Source of the DNA: Tissierellia bacterium
GTDB taxonomy: Bacteria > Bacillota > Clostridia > Tissierellales > Tissierellaceae
Assembly (NCBI GenBank): GCA_028708575.1
Contig: JAQVYQ010000001.1
Span: 116-64,115 of the forward strand
DNA: 64,000 nt
Direction: 5' to 3'
A program made the translations under genes and the position numbers. Below are positions 59,344 through 64,000 of the stretch, one piece after another. Every line of letters starts with the position of its first letter. The first letter of the stretch is position 1. The notes below the pieces were generated by a model. The model was given only the letters and a program-made list of their open reading frames with translations. It was not told where the DNA came from and ran no database searches.

Positions 59344-61254
59344 GTGAAGCATGTTATTATAGGTACTGCAGGTCATATAGATCATGGGAAAACGACTCTT
59401 ATTAAAGCATTAACAGGTAGAAATACAGATAGATTGAAAGAAGAGCAAAATAGAGGGATCTCAATTGAATTAGGTTTTACATATTTTGATCTACCTAGTG
59501 GTAAAAGAGCTGGAATTATTGATGTGCCAGGACATGAAAAATTCATAAAAAACATGTTGGCTGGTGTAATAGGAATAGATATTGTTTTATTAGTAGTTGC
59601 AGCAGATGAAGGAATAATGCCACAAACAGTTGAACATCTTGCTATTTTAGATTTGTTAGGAATAAGAAAAGGTATCATAGTAATAACAAAAGCAGACTTG
59701 GCTGAAGATGATTGGATAGAATTAGTAGAAGAAGATATTTTAGAAGAAGTTGAAGGCACCTTTTTAGAAGGAAGCCCTATTGTTAGAGTATCATCGACTA
59801 AAAAATCTGGAATAGATGATTTAATTAAATTAGTAGATGAGTATTCCGATATTGTAGAAGAGCGAGATAGTAAAGATATGCCTAGACTTCCTGTTGATAG
59901 AGTATTTAGTATTTCTGGATTTGGGACTGTAGTTACAGGAACTCTCTTATCAGGCCAGTTTAATATAGGTGATCAAATCCAAATCTTCCCTGGAAATGCA
60001 ACTAGTCGTATAAGAACACTACAAGTACATGATGAAGATGCAGAAGCAGCTTTTGGAGGCCAGAGGGTAGCTATAAATCTAGCTGGGATAAAAAAGGATG
60101 AAGTAGAAAGAGGCTCTGTAATAGCCCCTGTTAATTCTATGAAGAATTCAATGATGATAGATGTTAAATTAAAAGCCCTTAAGTCTATAGATAGAAGTAT
60201 TGAAAATAGGACAAGATTACATCTTTATATTGGTACAAGAGAAGTGTTGTGCAGAATCGTACTATTAGATAGAGACCAGCTGAATCCAGGTGAAGAAGCA
60301 TATGCTCAATTAAGGCTAGAAGAGGAAATAGTATCTAAAAGAGGAGATAGGTTTATTTTAAGATTTTATTCACCTATGTTTACAATTGGTGGCGGTGAAA
60401 TCTTAGAGCCTAATGCAATAAAAAAGAAGAGATTTGATGAAAAAATAATAGAGGAATTAAAACTCATGGAGGCAGGGGATTCTAAGGATATTTTAGAAAA
60501 AATTGTTTGTAATAAAGGCAAAGATTTTCTATCTGTAAAAGAACTGTCACAGGAAACATCGATTCTAGAAGAAACTATTTTGAGAGATATAAATAAATTA
60601 GTTGATGAAGAAAAGGTTATTACTTTTACGTCTAGTAAAGATATTTATCCATTGCATAAAATATATTTTGAAGATTTGCACAAGGATATAATTATTGAGG
60701 TAGAATCGTATCATAAAAAGTATCCTCTTAGAATTGGCATGCCTAAAGAAGAGATAAGAAGTAAAATTTTAGGTAAAGCAAAGCAAAAAATAGCTGATCA
60801 AATTTTAGAAAAGTTATTTGAAATAGGTAGTATTGAACAAGTATATGAGTTTATTAGTTTAAGAAATTTCAAGATAAAATACTCTGAAGAACAATTGTTG
60901 ATTAGTAGGTTTATATTAGACAAGCTTAAAGCAAGTGAATATTTACCGCCTCGAAATGAAGATATTACGTCTGAATTAAAAGTAAATCTAGAGCAAGTAG
61001 AAGAGGTGTTAAACGCCTTAATAATTGAGGGCGAATTTATTAGAATAAGTGAAGATGTTTATATGTTAAGTAGTAGTTATAACAATGCTTTAGATATGCT
61101 TAGAAGTTTTATTAACACAAATGGAAGCATAACTCTAGGTGAGTTTAGGGATCTCTTAGGTACTAATAGAAAAGTCGCATTAAGTCTTTTAGATTATTAT
61201 GACCAATTAAAGATAACTAAAAGGGATGGAGAAAAGAGGGTTTTGATTAAATAG
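59344..61254 (+). CDS. selB: Selenocysteine-specific elongation factor
   Basis: GTAGHIDHGKT, DVPGHEKF, PVDRVF, winged-helix tail NRKVALSLLDYYD. Confidence 0.97.
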   Translation: MKHVIIGTAGHIDHGKTTLIKALTGRNTDRLKEEQNRGISIELGFTYFDLPSGKRAGIIDVPGHEKFIKNMLAGVIGIDIVLLVVAADEGIMPQTVEHLAILDLLGIRKGIIVITKADLAEDDWIELVEEDILEEVEGTFLEGSPIVRVSSTKKSGIDDLIKLVDEYSDIVEERDSKDMPRLPVDRVFSISGFGTVVTGTLLSGQFNIGDQIQIFPGNATSRIRTLQVHDEDAEAAFGGQRVAINLAGIKKDEVERGSVIAPVNSMKNSMMIDVKLKALKSIDRSIENRTRLHLYIGTREVLCRIVLLDRDQLNPGEEAYAQLRLEEEIVSKRGDRFILRFYSPMFTIGGGEILEPNAIKKKRFDEKIIEELKLMEAGDSKDILEKIVCNKGKDFLSVKELSQETSILEETILRDINKLVDEEKVITFTSSKDIYPLHKIYFEDLHKDIIIEVESYHKKYPLRIGMPKEEIRSKILGKAKQKIADQILEKLFEIGSIEQVYEFISLRNFKIKYSEEQLLISRFILDKLKASEYLPPRNEDITSELKVNLEQVEEVLNALIIEGEFIRISEDVYMLSSSYNNALDMLRSFINTNGSITLGEFRDLLGTNRKVALSLLDYYDQLKITKRDGEKRVLIK

Positions 61255-61267
61255 TTTTTGGGGTGAT

Positions 61268-61960
61268 TTGATGAGCGGTAAGATATTAATAGTAGATACT
61301 GATAATACATTTATTAAAGGTTTAAAATATAGTTTAGAACAGGATGAATACATTATAGATATATGTAATTCTGGGAAAGATGCTATTGATAAAGTAGAAA
61401 AAAACTCATATGAATTAATATTATTAGAATTAGAGATGCCTGATATGAATGGACTGACAATATGCCAAAATATTAGGAGCCTTTCAACAGTCCCAATAAT
61501 TTTCCTTACAGAGGTAGAAGAAGAAATAAAGAAAATTTTGGCTTTAGAATATGGTGGTGACGATTACTTGGTTAAACCATTTAATATTCTTGAATTGAAA
61601 GCTCGCATTAAGGCAATCTTAAGAAGGATAAACAGCCATAATGATATTAACAGCAAATATACTATAGAAACAAAAGATTTTACGATTAATACAATAGGTA
61701 GAAAAGTGATTTTAGGGGATAAAAATATTAATCTTACAGGTAAAGAATTTGATTTATTGTATGTATTAGCATCTAATCCTAGTGAAGTATTTACAAGACA
61801 AGAACTATTAGAAAAAGTATGGGGATATGCATATTATGGAGATTTAAGGACTGTAGATGTTCATATTAGAAGGATTCGTGAGAAAATAGAAAAGAATCCG
61901 AAAGAGTCAGCTTATGTTATGACTAAGTGGGGAGTAGGATACTATTTTAATGGAAAATAG
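61268..61960 (+). CDS. OmpR/PhoB family response regulator, atypical receiver (Glu at phospho-Asp site)
   Basis: KILIVD, LILLELEMP, DDYLVKPF, VWG, RTVDVHIRRIREKIE, WGVGY. Confidence 0.92.
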   Translation: MMSGKILIVDTDNTFIKGLKYSLEQDEYIIDICNSGKDAIDKVEKNSYELILLELEMPDMNGLTICQNIRSLSTVPIIFLTEVEEEIKKILALEYGGDDYLVKPFNILELKARIKAILRRINSHNDINSKYTIETKDFTINTIGRKVILGDKNINLTGKEFDLLYVLASNPSEVFTRQELLEKVWGYAYYGDLRTVDVHIRRIREKIEKNPKESAYVMTKWGVGYYFNGK

Positions 61961-62023
61961 TAATATTTGTGATTATTAATAAAGTCTTTTATATTCATAG
62001 AAATTTAATATATTTTGATAGAT

Positions 62024-62049
62024 ACCCGTTTGATTAGACGGGTTTTTTT
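62024..62049 (+). terminator. Terminator after the response regulator
   Basis: ACCCGTT...GACGGGT followed by TTTTTT. Confidence 0.8.
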
Positions 62050-62061
62050 ATGTGCATTTGT

Positions 62062-62224
62062 TTCTATATTATAGAATAAATTTAAAAATTAGAAAAAAAT
62101 ATTAAAAAATTATCACTGCTAATAAAAAAACATTATTTAAAGAAATTCTATAATTTAGAAAGTTGGATGATGAAAATTTGAATTATACATGCTTGTCAAA
62201 TGTTTATCTTTCTAAAATTTAAAA
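62062..62224. repeat. Three TTCTA-N5-TAGAA palindromes, candidate activator sites
   Basis: TTCTATATTATAGAA 62062, TTCTATAATTTAGAA 62146, TTCTAAAATTTAAAA 62210. Confidence 0.6.
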
Positions 62225-62245
62225 AAAAATAAATAAAGTAATTTT

Positions 62246-62261
62246 TGGCATAATTAATGCT
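62246..62261 (+). promoter_or_regulatory. sigma54 (-24/-12) promoter of the acyl-CoA dehydrogenase/etf operon
   Basis: TGGCATAATTAATGCT; GG and GC separated by exactly 10 nt. Confidence 0.75.
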
Positions 62262-62391
62262 TATATAGTACCTGAACATATCTGCCCATAAGTCTATTAA
62301 TAAGATATAAGACAATCTATTATAATAGCAATAATTTTAGTAAAAATTTACTGAAAAGCAGAAGAAAGAATTGATAATAAGGAGGTTTATT

Positions 62392-63534
62392 ATGGATTTT
62401 AAACTATCAAAAACTCATCTACTTCAACAAGAGCTATATAGAAAATTTGCAGAAACAGAAATTAAACCTATAGCTCGCGACATGGATGAATCAGAAGAAT
62501 ACTCAATGGAATTACTTGAAAAAATTCAAAAATGTGGTTTCTTAGGTATTCCATTTCCAAAGGAATATGGCGGTGCAGGCGGTGATGTATTATCTTATAC
62601 TTTGTGCATGGAAGAAGTATCAAAAGTTGATGCAAGTACTGGCATTACAATATCTGTACATACTTCCCTTTGTAGTACAAGTATATTTGATTATGGTTCA
62701 GAAGAACAAAAAGAAAAGTTCTTACGTCCACTAATTGATGGAAGTAAAGTAGGTTGCTTTGGACTTACTGAGCCTGGTGCAGGAAGTGATGCAGGTGGAG
62801 CACGTACAGTTGCTAATTTGGATGGAGACGAATATGTAATTACTGGTACTAAAGTTTTTACTACTAATGCAGGTTTTGCAGATACATTTTTAGTTTTTGC
62901 AATAACAGATAAGAGTAAAGGTACAAAAGGAATGTCTGCATTTATCGTAGAAAAAGGAACTCCAGGATTGTCAGTTAGCGCAAATATCCCACGTATGGGA
63001 ATTAGAGCTGCATCCAATTGTGAGGTAATATATGATAATGTAAAAGTTCCTGCAGCTAATAGAATTGGCAAAGAAGGCGATGGCTTTAAGATTGCAATGA
63101 AAGCCTTAGATGGTGGACGTATTGGTATTGGTGCTCAATCAGTTGGTATTGCACAGGGTGCCTTGAATGAAGCTATTAAATATGTAAAAGAAAGAAAACA
63201 ATTTGGAAGAACTATTTCCGCTTTTCAAAATACTCAGTTCAAAATCGCAGAAATGCAGACTAAAGTTGATGCTGCAAGATTATTGGTTTGGAGAGCAGCT
63301 AAAGCAAAAGATGATAAAGAGAATTTCGGTCCTTATGCTGCTATGTGTAAGCTATTTGCTTCTGAAGTAGCTAATGAAGTAACTAGAGGTAGCGTCCAAT
63401 TATTAGGTGGATACGGTTTCTCAAGAGAATACCCAGTAGAAAGAATGATGCGTGATGCAAAAATCACCGAGATATATGAAGGAACATCAGAAGTCATGAA
63501 AATGGTTATTGCAGGAAATATGAAAATAAAGTAA
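62392..63534 (+). CDS. Acyl-CoA dehydrogenase, Etf-coupled
   Basis: PKEYGGAG, GLTEPGAGSDA, GTKVFTTN, MGIRA, LDGGRIGI, RKQFG, ERMMRDAKITEIYEGTSE; GGAGG RBS before ATG 62392. Confidence 0.94.
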   Translation: MDFKLSKTHLLQQELYRKFAETEIKPIARDMDESEEYSMELLEKIQKCGFLGIPFPKEYGGAGGDVLSYTLCMEEVSKVDASTGITISVHTSLCSTSIFDYGSEEQKEKFLRPLIDGSKVGCFGLTEPGAGSDAGGARTVANLDGDEYVITGTKVFTTNAGFADTFLVFAITDKSKGTKGMSAFIVEKGTPGLSVSANIPRMGIRAASNCEVIYDNVKVPAANRIGKEGDGFKIAMKALDGGRIGIGAQSVGIAQGALNEAIKYVKERKQFGRTISAFQNTQFKIAEMQTKVDAARLLVWRAAKAKDDKENFGPYAAMCKLFASEVANEVTRGSVQLLGGYGFSREYPVERMMRDAKITEIYEGTSEVMKMVIAGNMKIK

Positions 63535-63560
63535 AACTTTAGTTTGAAAGGAGTTCGCAT

Positions 63561-64000
63561 ATGAGAATAGTTGTATGTATAAAACAAGTACCTGATACTA
63601 CAGAAGTTAAACTAGATCCCAAAACAAACACTTTAATTCGCGAAGGGGTTCCTAGTATTATAAATCCTGATGATAAAGCAGGTTTGGAAGCAGCACTTAG
63701 ATTAAGAGAACAAGTTGGTGGCACAGTAACTGTATTGTGTATGGGGCCACCTCAAGCAGATGTAGCTTTGAGAGAAGCGTTGGCAATGGGATGTGATGAA
63801 GCAGTATTGCTAAGTGCTCGTGAGTTTGGTGGTTCTGATACATGGGCAACAGCTTCTATAATAGCAGCTGGATTAAATAAAATTGGTTATGATTTAGTTA
63901 TTACAGGTCGTCAAGCAATTGATGGTGATACTGCTCAAGTTGGTCCTCAAATAGCTGAACAGCTAAAGGTTCCACAAATTAGTTATGCAGAGGAGCTATA
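63561..64000 (+). CDS. etfB: Electron transfer flavoprotein beta subunit (3' truncated by window)
   Basis: Not in ORF track; ATG 63561 MRIVVCIKQVPDT...NPDD...MGPPQA...GSDTWATA...GRQAIDGDTAQVGPQIAE, open to window end. Confidence 0.96.
   Translation, partial: MRIVVCIKQVPDTTEVKLDPKTNTLIREGVPSIINPDDKAGLEAALRLREQVGGTVTVLCMGPPQADVALREALAMGCDEAVLLSAREFGGSDTWATASIIAAGLNKIGYDLVITGRQAIDGDTAQVGPQIAEQLKVPQISYAEEL

Noticed and set aside
56859-62060. tRNA-Sec (selC) near selDAB
   Set aside because: No tRNA-like sequence in the spacers; it must be elsewhere
457-63724. Numerous 60-180 aa minus-strand and alternate-frame ORFs in the track
   Set aside because: They are shadows of well-supported genes on the opposite strand or frame, with no RBS or family motifs
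1-64000. CRISPR array, IS elements, prophage, rRNA
   Set aside because: No regularly spaced direct repeats, transposase, integrase, phage structural genes or rRNA-like sequence seen

Overview
Chromosomal window from a low-GC anaerobic Firmicute (Tissierellia/Peptostreptococcales-like by gene order; inference). 1-4.7 kb: potABCD polyamine ABC transporter and an MBL/beta-CASP nuclease. 5.0-14.8 kb: complete B12-dependent methylaspartate pathway for glutamate fermentation (glmS-glmL-glmE-mal, two-subunit class I fumarase as likely mesaconase, citD-E-F-C paralogues as likely citramalate lyase). 14.8-23.9 kb: accessory patch (MlrC/M81 peptidase, 749-aa membrane-anchored orphan with a duplicated GATase-like module, CapA-family lipoprotein, HAD hydrolase, baeRF/Balon-like protein, MltG, PQ-loop-like protein) ending at tRNA-Leu(CAA). 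24-54.7 kb: conserved core (polA-coaE-slt-SBP, tRNA-Leu(GAG), rnfCDGEAB, NusG-II/Gx pair, maf-radC-mreBCD-PBP2-minCDE, degenerate M23, TIGR03960/TIGR03936 radical SAM pair, RNase E/G, L21 leader-rplU-prp-rpmA, obgE, yhbY-nadD-yqeK-rsfS-ridA). 54.8-64 kb: DD-carboxypeptidase, comEA, selD-selA-selB, an atypical response regulator and an acyl-CoA dehydrogenase-etfB operon. Signals missed by the ORF track: selD is a selenoprotein (in-frame UGA14 plus SECIS-like hairpin), the response regulator has Glu at the phospho-Asp position, a sigma54 -24/-12 promoter with phased palindromes precedes the acyl-CoA dehydrogenase, potA and etfB are partial at the window edges. No CRISPR array, transposase, integrase or prophage gene was seen. 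All family calls are from motif recognition by eye, not database searches.
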